A stretch of 64,000 bases of DNA from Carpediemonas membranifera BICM. Its lineage: Eukaryota > Protista > Fornicata. The notes below the pieces were generated by a model. The model was not told the DNA's origin and searched no databases. It saw nothing but the letters and a program-made list of their open reading frames with translations. The DNA lies in the NCBI GenBank assembly GCA_019828565.1, contig JAHDYR010000012.1, forward strand, positions 1,483,780-1,547,779. The letters run 5' to 3'. Positions 13,168 through 24,058 of this stretch are shown piece by piece (the first letter of the stretch is position 1; each line of letters begins with the position of its first letter). The position numbers and the translations under genes were made by a program.

Positions 13168-15515
13168 CTTGGGAGCCTTATACCCGAGACCTCGACAAGC
13201 TCGCTGCCCTTGACGACTATCTTGCTGAGCATCCCCAATTGCTCAAGAAGATGAAGAGCGCCCGTAAAGCTCTCTAGTTGTCGTCATCTACTTAATAATA
13301 CTCCACATCTCTCATTGCGGAGGCAGAAACCGCAGATTTGCAAGTGCGGCTCTTGTATTGTGTGCTTTGCGTTGAGAATGATGCGGAACACGACGCCGTT
13401 CAAGAATATTGATGTTGATTAGTTACTTAGCGGTTCGTTGTATGATTTTGCGTGTATCCGGACAGATTTTCCACCATGCGAGTTCACCACCATCCTTCTG
13501 AATCAATTGATGAGGGGCCGAATGGCGACCCCAATTGAACCCCCTACGAACATAGACGGCCTATGCCCACTCATGGAGGCAGTGTCACGTTGTGTTAGCT
13601 GTCCCAATCAGTTCTTTTATGATTGGTCAATGATCGTCAAAGTCAATTTAAAGTTAGTTCATCGTTTCCCTTCGGTGTTCCTGTCCCCTGCCCGTCACAC
13701 ATCCATGGGGACCGTTTTGAGTCCTAGGTCCTCGACCGTCGTTGGGTCGACGAAGTTGTGCGTAGCGCCTGTGTCGAGCAGGACTGTGGAGATCGGGTTG
13801 TCATCACCGATAGTCGCTTCGACGCGTGGGGGTGCGATGGCATCGGTAGTGTCAGAGTGGACTGTGTCAGAGTGGGGCTCGACCAAATCTGGAGATACGA
13901 TATCGCGAGATTCGATATCGCGGGATCCGATCTTCTTTGCCTCAGCCTTGATCGGCGTAAGACGGATGGGGTTGCGGCGCATCCCCGTAGGGAAGAAATG
14001 GGGATGGCGGCTGTTCGGGCAGTTCGGGCGCATGTGGCCCTCGTGGCCGCATCCGTGGCACTTGACGGGTCCATGGTGCGGTGCGGTAGGGCGCTCGCGT
14101 CGGGCGGCGGGCGCCGCCGTGGCGCATTCGGCGGAGGTAGCATGGTTGTCCTGCAAGCCGAGCTGTTCGCGGGCGGCGATAAGCTCGTCGAGCTCAGTGA
14201 TGGCATGGTTGCAGGCGTCATCGAAGCTGCCGGGCTCCATGAGCTTAACGCGGCTCTGTAGAAGCGGAGGCAGCGAGCGCACGAATAGCTTGCGCTGTTG
14301 AGCGGCGGATGGACGGGTGTCGTCGTCGCACAGCTCGAGGTTACGTTGGAAAGCGGCGATGTGCTGAAGAAGCGCTATGGGCGTCTTGGTGTGGAGATGG
14401 AGGCGCTCTAGGGCGCGGTGGGCTTCGATTTGCGTGTTGAATCGGAAGAACTCGTCCGTAATACGGCCGAAGATGTCGGCGTCGTCGAGTTCATTGAGAT
14501 CGACGCGGATGCCGATGATGCGGGCTACAGTGGGGCTGATGAAGGTAATACGCTGTGGTTTGACTATACCTGTTTTACTGGGAGAATAGACTTCGACACA
14601 GGGGTGTCGAAGTCAATCCATAAATGTTCTTAAATTGTACTGACTGACACTGCCCCTCCATGCTCAACTGACTTGAGTATGAATAACTTGTGCCGGTAGG
14701 CCTCACAGGGGAAAGCCTGTGCTAACCTACTTCACCGTTGGCGGCTGGGGAATAGCCCAGTGCCCGGGAAGGGTACTCTGCCTTAGCTCGGTAACCCTTG
14801 CTTCACCGTCGCTAACTGTGGGTAGCACAGCAGCCGGAACACCGTTGACACACTCTTACTGCCACGTAAGGGTGTCCGGTACAACCGTAGTTGTTCTGTG
14901 GTGACGTATCTCCAAATTGATTGACTCAGAATTTCGTGGTACCACTGTGTAAGTATTGCGTCATACGCTCAAGGGTTAGTCTTACCCGGGCTTACCGCCC
15001 TCCCACGGGCCATTACTGGGCCGTATGGTCGTCGATTAGTTCATTCGGATCCTTAAAATGCACAAATGGCTTCAGTTCGAAACCACCATGGTATGCGGCC
15101 TTGAAAGCCCTCATTCTTACATAGCGTTCGAATAACGCCTCTAGAGGCCTCAAAGCCTCTTCGTTGCCGAGATATGGCATTTTTTTGCTTTTCTCGTTCG
15201 TCGACAGTTGGGACGCCGCGAATATTGCTCTATAACACTAACAACATCAGTATTCGTCTCATAGACGTATAAATATCGTGATTTTGCGGACTTATCGTCC
15301 TCAACAAGCGTTCATCGGGGTTCACCAAACGGACCCTTTCTCGGTCGGCGAATTCTGCCTAACCCGTCTGCTTTCGTAAATTACGCGTTGCACCATGCTA
15401 TTCAGCGTCCTGACTTAGCTGTGTGGAGTCCTGGTCATGACCCAGGTCCTACGTTTTTGTATCATGTAACACGTAAATGAAGTTTTGACCGCGGTTAATA
15501 CTTCCATACGGCCTA

Positions 15516-16945
15516 ATGGAGAACCTTGTGCATGATTTGGACGCACTGATCGCTGATCTTGCTGGCAATGACGGCAATCTGCCCGTTGCTGAACGTCTCC
15601 GCGCTCTGAAGCGCAAACACCAGTCCGTGCTCGTGCCGGACAGCACCGATATGCCCCAGAGACGTGCTCGTCCCGAGGAATCTTCCTCAGCACCCATTGT
15701 TGAGCCGTCATCGCCACAGGACGTCGTCATCGAGGTTCCTGCGGCTCGCGCGATCACCCGCCGGCACCCACCTGAGGATATCCGCCGCGTAACGGGTGTT
15801 GTCGTCGACGATGAAGGTACGCGTCGCACCTTGACCGGACGCGTCGTGGCTGTCGCCACTTGTTCTGCCCAAGCTGGTCATGCTGTCAGCACGGTTGAGG
15901 CCGCCCAGCGCCGGACCTCCAACCGCCCCGTCACCCGCCAGCTGCTCCGCGGGCACCTCCAAGGACCTCATCGGGCGGACCTGGCGGAGCGGGAAGCCCG
16001 TTTCAGACCGTAATCGCTTCGGTCTCTGGTCGCGTCTCGAACTGCTTCGAGCTGCCCCTCCAGGGCATGCTGTCCCGTCTGAGGACCGGACAGGTCTTCA
16101 GCGCTGGCGATGAGGCTGGGGACCTCATGACGCGTCAGTCCCTCTTGCTCCTGACGGACTTCGTCACCGACGCCGTCGTGGGCCGTGCACTGCGGTCCCA
16201 CTTTGAGATCGACTCACCTGCCGATGTTGCCCTCGCCGAGGCTCTGCTCGCCTCTGACGGTGTCACGTCCGGCTGTTTCTCCCGATCTACGGTCGACGTC
16301 GTGGTAGCGACCCTGACCCGCATCACTCCCGATCTCGCTGATCGCCAGCCATCCTATCTCCGAACCCTGGCGAACCAGTCCCTGATGCGGATCATCATGA
16401 TCTCTTCGCACCCTTCCTTGTACTGCTGTTGGATGGTGGCCCAGGCCCGTCGCGTCGACCGTCTGTCTGCTCACGAGGCGACACGGTTTGTGACGGACTA
16501 CTACGCCCTGCTCACAAACGATCGCATCGCACGGATCGAGACCACGATCAGCGCTGCCGAGCTCGTGCCGCAGGTGTCTGACCCGTCACTCGACTATGTG
16601 ATCGTCGAGTGCCTCAGGCACATTGAGCTGTACAACGAACAGTTCCGCGAAAGCTTCACCCTTGTGGTTAAGTATCAGAATTACGCCGTGCCTGGACTCA
16701 CTCAGCTCACGCAATCCATGTGCACTTGCCTCCCGATCACCAACTACCTCACCAATGCCCGTCTTTGGCCGCGTGTTCGCCCTGAGTGGCACCCTGAGCT
16801 GCTCCTGGCCCGGCTGCGCGAGTCTGCTGGTGCGATCGACGAAGAATACATTCTGTTGGCTGCCTTACCCTGCCTTTTACAGGTACGTATAAGTGGTAGG
16901 CTTATGCTTTTCCGAGAAATATATCTAACGCTTCGCAGTCCTTGA
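15516..16945 (+). CDS. Antisense accessory ORF(s) inside element D, unknown function; two overlapping frames probably form one ~475-aa protein
   Basis: ORF 15516-16013 plus a second frame open from 15899 to 16945; lies between the pol stop and the 3' LTR of D. Confidence 0.6.
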
Positions 16946-19900
16946 CGTTCTCGTAAGGCTCCCAAGTGTCCTCGCATGGCTCATACCCTTTCCAGTGCAC
17001 GTGGAACTTCCTATTCTTGATCGACTTCTCATTGGATGAATCGTAAATGCACTCGACAACGTACTCGGCATCAGTGGTCGCTGCCAGGGCCTGTGCTGAG
17101 TCGCGTGACAAGTCACCCTCGAAAGACCTCACGCGCTCGGATGCTACCCTGAACTCCTTACCCGAGTTCACGTCTCTCACATTGTATGCTACCGGTAAGT
17201 TGTCGACGATAACCGGGCTCACTAGCTGCATTGGGCCTCGCCAACCTGCCGCAAGCTTGGAAGGTGGCTTAGTCGGATACTTCACCAGCACCCACTCTGA
17301 ATCAATAACCGGCGGGGACCCAACCCGGTTGCGCGCGTCCTCTTGCATGGCTCGGATGCGTGCCGCGGCCATCTGTCTCGCGAGTTTCACCGCCTCGCCA
17401 TTATCTGCCGGATAGTCCGCGCTGTCATCTTGGCTCGTGAAGACAATCTCACTCGGCACTCGCATGTCGCTTCCAAAGATAATCTCAGCCGGCGTGAGGT
17501 GATGGGCCGCTCTGGGTGTTGAATTAACAATAAATTGTGCCACTGGTAAACAGTCGACCCAATCCTCGGTCTGGAGCTCATACTTCCTGGAGCGCAAGAT
17601 TCGTTCGATTCGAGAGTTCGCCCGCTCTACAATCCCATTGGACTGCGGGTGATACGGAGTTGTGATATGGGTCGAGAACCCGACTCGACCAGCAAGATCC
17701 TCGAACAAACGGTTTGCAAACTGGCGCCCTCCGTCTGACTGGAGAACTCTAGGCGCCCCGTACCGTAGTAGCCACGTATTCGTAAATGCTCTTACTGCTT
17801 CAAGGGCCTTCGTAGTCCGTAGGGGTACCAGCTCTGTCCACCTTGAGGCCGTGTCAACCATTACCAAGATATAGCTGAAACCGTTGACCTCTGGTAGCGG
17901 GCCAATCGTGTCAATCGCTACCTTATCAAACGGAGTTACACTCGCTGTGTGCAAGTACGACCGCTTGGCGTCCTCTGGCTTCGCCGTGAGCTGACAGACT
18001 GGGCACTTGTTAATTACCTCTGCGACTTGGTCAATGGGGGCTCGCTTCCCTCTCGCCTTCAACAGCTCGACTGTCGTATAAAGGGGGAGATGGGCTTGAC
18101 CGTGGAGGTGAGCGTCATGGATCTCATTCTCTGTCGCGGTCGGGGTCTTGGACGCAGCAAAGACTCTGCTCAATCCATCCGCTGCTCCATTATCTACTCC
18201 AGGGACGTGTCGTATTGTGAAGGGGAGGTCTGCGATCGATTCATACCACCTTTGGACCTTAGCGTTTGATGAACGGGCCATATAAATGAGATTACGGTGG
18301 TCGGTCAGCAGCGTGAAAGGGGTCCAGACCAGGAAACGGCGCCAGCGTTGAAGCGCAGAGACGATAGCATATGCCTCCTGTTCTATCGTGCTCCATCTTG
18401 TCTGTACATCTGTGAACGCCTTCGACATATAACTGACCGGCTTTCCATCCTGCAGGAGGACACCTCCGATCCCTACGTCCGACGCGTCGGTCATCACCAC
18501 GTGGCGCTTTGTCACGTCGAAGTGTTGTAAGATGGGTGCGGAACACAGTAGATCCTTCACCAGGGCCAAGGCTTTGGTCTGCTCTGGGGTGCCTAGCCCA
18601 ATCTTACCGGCTGCCGCGAGTGCCAATGGTCGCGTGACCATGGAAAAGTGTGGCACGAAGTCACGGACGAAGTTCAGAAATCCCATGAGTGCCTGGGCCG
18701 CCTTTCGGGACTTGGGTAGTTTGAGCTCTTGGATGTCATGTACCCGGTCGGCAGCAATACCGTAGCCCTCACCTGAAACTGTCCAGCCAAGGAACTCGAC
18801 TGTAGACTGGCCGAAATGTGACTTCTCGGCATTGAGGCGAAGATTCAGTTCATCCGCTCGCTTGAGGACCTTCGTCAGGTTGACGATATACTCTGCCTCT
18901 GTTCTTCCGAAGACTACGATGTCATCGATATAAATCAGGCAACTGGCTCCTAGTAAATCTGCGAACGCCCGCTCCATCGAGTACTGAAAGTGAGCACCCG
19001 CGTTCTTCAAACCAAACGGCATGCCCGTATACTGGAACTTGCCCCTCGGCGTATTGAACGCCGTGTACTGGCGCGAACGTTCGGACATCTGAATCTGGTG
19101 GTACCCTGCCGATAAATCTAGGGTGGCGAACACCTTGGATGCGCCTAACTTCGCTAAACACGTCTGTATCTCCGGGATAGGGTACTCGAACGGCTCCGTC
19201 TCGTCGTTGATCTTACGGAAATCTACGACCATGCGTGTCTTGTCCGGACCCTTCGGAACCAGGAGCACCGGCGAAGCATATGGGCTGAAAGACTGCTCGA
19301 CGTACTTCTTCTCGATTAGCTCGGCGAGATGTTGGTCGAATAAGTGCTCGCGCTGGTATGGGACGTAGTTAGACCGTGACGCGATCACCCTGTCCGACTT
19401 GAGCACAAGGTCATATGGTTCTAGATTGCTGAAACCTTGCCGGTCGTGGAAACAGTGGTCATAGCGGGCCAATATCCGACTCTGCTTATCGTTCATATCC
19501 GCTCGCAAACTGTAGAGTCGTCTCTCAAGACGCTCGAGTGTCGATGGGAGCTGGGCGTCCTCTTCGATCGACGAGTCGCTCGACCTAGCTCCAACATGTG
19601 GAAGAATGCCCCAGTCCACCATGACTGCATAGTTCAAGAGCATGTCATATCTCCATCTCAACTGCATACGCGGTCACCGTCGCCTCGACGCCCTTCGGGG
19701 TCATCGGCGACTTGTCCATGATTACTGGGACCTCATAGGTCGTGTCTGTCTGGATTCTGCCTCCGGGTGTCTTGATGTGTATCGGGCTGGCTAGCTTCGT
19801 CGCGTTCAGTCCCGCTTCCTGAGCTGAGGCGGGGTTAACGAGCGGGATGTCCGCACCACAATCGAATAGTATGCGTCCCCATGCGCAGCCGTCCACTGCA

Positions 19901-20896
19901 CCCGATACCACAGGCAATGATGGAGTTGTCTCGCCAGCCATAGTCCAAACGCGCGCCGGTGTCGAGTAATTGGTGTACTTACGGTCGTTTACAGGAACTG
20001 GGCCTGTCGACCGGCAGAACTTGGCCATGTGGCCCAGCTTTCCACACTTTGCGCACTTGATCTTATCTCTCTTACAGTCCCGGGCGAAGTGACCTTGCTT
20101 GCCGCAGTTCTGACACTGCTTACTGGCTCTGTCGGGCCGTCTCGTATCAGGCTGGAAACTGGAGTGGTTGTACGCGTGCGGTGGCTCAGGAGCTTGGCGT
20201 TGGAGGGGAGGCTGGTCAGGTCTTGCCTGTTGACGTTCTTGGCGGCCCGGACGGGCTCTGCTAGACTTGACGCGGCTTCCAGGATGTGTTAACGACACTG
20301 GATGGAGGGATGCGTATGATTCAGAGATGAGACGAGCTTCCTCGAGCTTCTTGCAGATCATAAGAGAGGTAATGAAGGTCTCATCGAGCGACATTCCTAC
20401 TACGGCGTCTTTGACCTCCTCGCGGAGGAACTCGTCCAGGATTCCGTTCAGGAACATCTGGCGGATCGTAGCAGGCGCCAGATCAGGCTTGATGATGCGG
20501 TACCTTGTACGGAACTTGTCCAAGTACTGCGTGAAGCGCCCCGAATGGACGCCCTTCACAGAGAGCTGGAATAGTTGGCGCTGTAGGATAGCTGATTGAG
20601 GTTTGATGGCGTCAACGACGGCCTGGAAAGCTAGGTCTTCCGCTCCGGACTTTTTCATACGGACTTGCGGTGCGCGAAAAATAAGGGAGGATGATGTCTT
20701 CTGTCTCCTCGCGCGGCGGTACACCTGCTTAACATCAACACCCGATGAACTGCAGAATGTTAGAACTGCAGGGCCTAAGCGCTTAATGAGGCGGCGCTTT
20801 CCACCGGCCTGAACATGTCTCGTTAGCTTTTCGTGAAATGCCAGAATGGCACTAATGCTTGGCTCGTTCACTGACGGGCCGTTTTCAGTCATTTGA

Positions 20897-20908
20897 AGTA
20901 ATATTACT
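20897..20908 (-). promoter_or_regulatory. Palindromic PBS-position motif AGTAATATTACT (element D)
   Basis: perfect palindrome at the 5' LTR boundary. Confidence 0.85.
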
Positions 20909-21139
20909 GTGGTTTGACTATACCTGTTTTACTGGGAGAATAGACTTCGACACAGGGGTGTCGAAGTCAATCCATAAATGTTCTTAAATTGTACTGACTG
21001 ACAACGCGGTGGAATGGCTAGATTAAGGGCGGTGGCTTGTGCGACATAGAGGTCGTAAGCATCGAGGAAGCGGAAAAAGGAAATCCTGTCCAAAGAGGAC
21101 AAGAAAGGGACTTGCAAGTGTGTGTTGTTCATTTGAGAG

Positions 21140-21151
21140 AGTATTAATACT
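21140..21151 (-). promoter_or_regulatory. Palindromic PBS-position motif AGTATTAATACT (element C)
   Basis: perfect palindrome at the inferred 5' LTR boundary. Confidence 0.8.
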
Positions 21152-21311
21152 GTTCTCGCGAACGGAGACAACAAAGGCAAAGCTGGCGAAGAGTGATTTA
21201 AAATTCGACACAAGGGTGTCGAATTTGACCGGGCGAGACCAAATCACAGGAGCGAATCAACCCCGGGGAATTACATATTGCATATGTAACACGTAAACAC
21301 CCCGGGCAACA

Positions 21312-21727
21312 GCTCGATACCCCTCGCTTATAACAACGGCCGTTTTACGACCGTGGAGGGGCGGAATGCCTCACGTAAGATCATTCTAATTACACAGCGC
21401 GCTAACAAGTGGTCCACGATAGGATTTTGAGATCCGAAGATATTTTCCGAATCTTTCAGATTCACCCCGCCAATTCTGGCTCCCGACTTGAACAAGGCAT
21501 TCACCCTGTACCCTGCCAAGGTACAGAGTCTCGTAGACCAATGAGTGGCATCGGAGGTCTCGGGACTGGTCAAGTCCCTCATCGCACATTCGTTCGAGTG
21601 GCATACGCCTGAGGCCATGGCCCCTTTGGGGTCCATTGAGGGGCGGTGTCGTAGGTCCTACCCAATGTTTACATAGTATACATATTTACTTTTTTATTTA
21701 TTTAGTCTCCAGGTTTCTGTCGACACA
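21312..21727 (+). mobile_element. 3' end of an outermost LTR element E: PPT plus ~80-bp 3' LTR (21647 to 21725 or 21727)
   Basis: GAGGGGCGG purine tract followed by TGTCG...CGACA; same PPT-LTR layout as the other elements; partner LTR not in the window. Confidence 0.55.
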
Positions 21728-21989
21728 TATGTGTCGTCTCTTTTATCCTGTAAAAGCTTTCTTGTCCCTAACGGACCACATCGGGGTCAAGGTGTGCCAC
21801 AGCGGCATCAAACTCGGCCTGCGCCCGACGAAGGGCGGCGTTGGCAAGTGGCCCGTCGGGGAATTTGTCAAGAGCGCGCTTTGACAGTGTGAATAGGTCA
21901 TCTTAGAGCAAAAGACGGACTGTGTACGTTGGACAGTACACGCTAAGTGCCGCTATTCGCTGAGAAGCACCAGCAATGCGCTCTGGGAA

Positions 21990-22916
21990 ATGATGTGCAC
22001 TTTAAGGCAGAGCGATATGATTGATGCTGTTGTTCTCTTAATCTTCATTTTATTGTATAACACCGTGGCTGTTCTTCAAGAAAGGTGGTTAATGCGGAAG
22101 AATCGCTCAACGATTCTTGCATATACGAAGCGGGCGCTTTTAGTTCGTTTCCTTTGCTGCGAAATCCTATTCTATCTGATCTACATCGGTTTAATTCTGA
22201 CACTTGACAGCTGGTGGAATGAACCCTTCAGCATCGACCAAGTCTTCTTCATCAATGCCTTCAGGATCGAGGGGTTCTCTCCACGATACCTAATCACGAC
22301 CGGAGCCATCGTGCTGACGTATATCTGCCACACATTCGTCGTCATTCTCTGCTCTGGAACCTCCAAGCTTTCGACCGACTTCGCTGTCACTGTGCTGGTC
22401 ATCCATTTACAGTTTTGTACTGCATATTCCACCCGGCTGCAATACATGGGCATACTACCATATTTCACCATATCATTCTGGCTCATGCACATCATATCCG
22501 CGAGTATATCCGCAGTTCTGGCAGAATACGTCGCTTTCCGCCTCGAAGGCATGTCGTACCGCTCTTCCCACGCCAAGAACGAAGATATGCTTGCCTTGGT
22601 CCGCCAGAAGAACGCCAAGAAGAAGGCTGAGAAGGCAGCCAAGAAGAAGCTCAGGCAGAAGCAGGCGGAGGAGGCGTGTCTCCACCGCAGTGCTCCCTCT
22701 CCATTGTCGATTGAGATCGACCTCAACGAGTCCGGCACAGACCAGGGTCACCTCACTGGTACTGGTACTGGATGCGATGCTGAGACCGTCCCCTGTGGCA
22801 GTGTGCTGTCTGACGGCAGCGAGAGCGGAGTCATGTCCAGTGACCTTGGAGACGGGCGGGATGTTGTTGAGATTGACCTGAACGATGAGCGTGGGGTGGG
22901 TGTCGACCCGTCTTGA
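21990..22916 (+). CDS. SYS1: SYS1-like Golgi integral membrane protein with a charged C-terminal extension
   Basis: FSIDQVF, SKLSTDFAVTVLVIHL and LAEYVAFRLE resemble SYS1 family motifs; several TM segments; start could be 22017. Confidence 0.65.
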   Translation: MMCTLRQSDMIDAVVLLIFILLYNTVAVLQERWLMRKNRSTILAYTKRALLVRFLCCEILFYLIYIGLILTLDSWWNEPFSIDQVFFINAFRIEGFSPRYLITTGAIVLTYICHTFVVILCSGTSKLSTDFAVTVLVIHLQFCTAYSTRLQYMGILPYFTISFWLMHIISASISAVLAEYVAFRLEGMSYRSSHAKNEDMLALVRQKNAKKKAEKAAKKKLRQKQAEEACLHRSAPSPLSIEIDLNESGTDQGHLTGTGTGCDAETVPCGSVLSDGSESGVMSSDLGDGRDVVEIDLNDERGVGVDPS

Positions 22917-23144
22917 GCGGGGTTTGTTGTTTATCGCTTTCTTCTTCTTCCGACGGACAGCGTGAGTCGATTTGGGTTGATGACAGGGTTGTCTTGGCAT
23001 ATAAACCGATAAGCCTGGGTCTATGCATACTCAGACGTTGGATACATGCGCCTTGCGCTGCGTCAGAGCCGAGCTGGGGCAATCATCTTTTTTCGCTCAT
23101 TTTTCTTGCAGACGAAGCGTCTCTTTTGCGTTCTCCCCATAGCG

Positions 23145-23610
23145 ATGAGCAGAGCTATTCTCAAGGGTCTTAATGAAGAAGGATACGAGGCTATTAAGCC
23201 AGAATATGAGAGGAATCTCCAGAACACGGTCCTCGATGACGATACGGAACTTTTCCTCATTGCTGTCCCTCAGAACGTTTGTTCTCCCCCAATTTCTCAC
23301 TCAGATGAACATTGAAGACCTTGAAGGCGTCACTGTCGACCCCGCTCACACAAAGATGTTCAGCGCGAACAGTACACAGTACGAGGCCGCGCCGCTCGAC
23401 ATTCACGGCAGCATGCTCAACGCATTCCCCTGCACCGAGACTGGCGAGTTCCAGATTGGTAAGCCCTTTGCTGGGTCGATGGTTGTCCGCGCTGTCGGGC
23501 TTGCGGGTGAGATGGCTGGCGGGGCAGAGAACGGCAAGGCCATCCCACAGCCGGAGGTGCTTTCTGGGCTGAAGGTTCAGAATGTGCTGCCTGGCATGAC
23601 TAAGAAGTGA
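23145..23610 (+). CDS. RNA polymerase I subunit RPA34/PAF49-like protein; exons 23145-23276 and 23305-23610
   Basis: DTELFLIAVPQNMNIEDLEG resembles the RPA34.5 N-terminal motif; a 28-nt GT-AG intron (23277-23304) joins the two frames. Confidence 0.6.
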
Positions 23611-24058
23611 ACATCACACGCATTAATCGGGTATTAAACTAGCGCTTCACTTTATGAATGCTTCGATGTGTCAACATGCCAGGACGCGCGCCATTGAATT
23701 GGCCGGTCATCCACAACTGCTGCTGCATGGGGGTCGTCAGACAGGTGGGGATGCGGCGCGGGGCAGCGGAGGCGTCAGTTGTGGCACATTCCTCAGGCCA
23801 GTTCCTACCTGCCTGCGGCAGTTTCCTTGAGCTGCCGTCAGCCGGCTCAAAGTCCAAGGGGTTGACAACTCGGTCGACCCACCGCACCGTAAACACAATT
23901 TATATACGCTCACGTAAGCAGCAGCAAAACCGCGCCCCGCGCGGCATGAGGTGACTTGTTGCCTGGTTAGATGGCCACTGAAGCAGCCCCCACCTGGGAT
24001 GGGATGCCCTCACGTTCCCGTACCGTAAACTGCGCGACATCCGGAACTTTGGTGCTCG

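Larger units (their letters stand above)
5447..13699 (+). mobile_element. Ty3/Gypsy chromovirus B, full length but inactivated; 117-bp LTRs 5447-5563 and 13583-13699; 5-bp TSD CATCC
   Basis: matching LTRs; PPT ATGGAGGCAG; gag-PR-RT from 5597 (LYDTGAT, YVDD, TAA at 7508); RNase H, integrase and chromodomain 11381-13277 with a frameshift near 12540. Confidence 0.95.
14554..21003 (-). mobile_element. Ty3/Gypsy chromovirus D, full length; 96-bp LTRs 20908-21003 (5') and 14554-14649 (3'); 4-bp TSD ACGC; carries an extra antisense ORF
   Basis: matching LTRs; PPT ATGGAGGGGCAG; gag with two CCHC knuckles and protease (LFDCGAD) 20892-19645; RT-RNase H-integrase-chromodomain 19667-16902; one-base frame change near 19650. 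Confidence 0.95.
13700..21311 (-). mobile_element. Ty3/Gypsy element C (host of A, B and D): 5' LTR ~21151-21311, gag 21132-21004 plus 14553-13700, protease continuing at 5446-5412
   Basis: gag frame rejoins across the D insertion (AIPPR|ITFISP); CHGCGHEGHMRPNC knuckle; LLDTGAT protease; KTVPMD|VDLDTAGGP across the B insertion; outer LTR boundary less certain. Confidence 0.85.
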
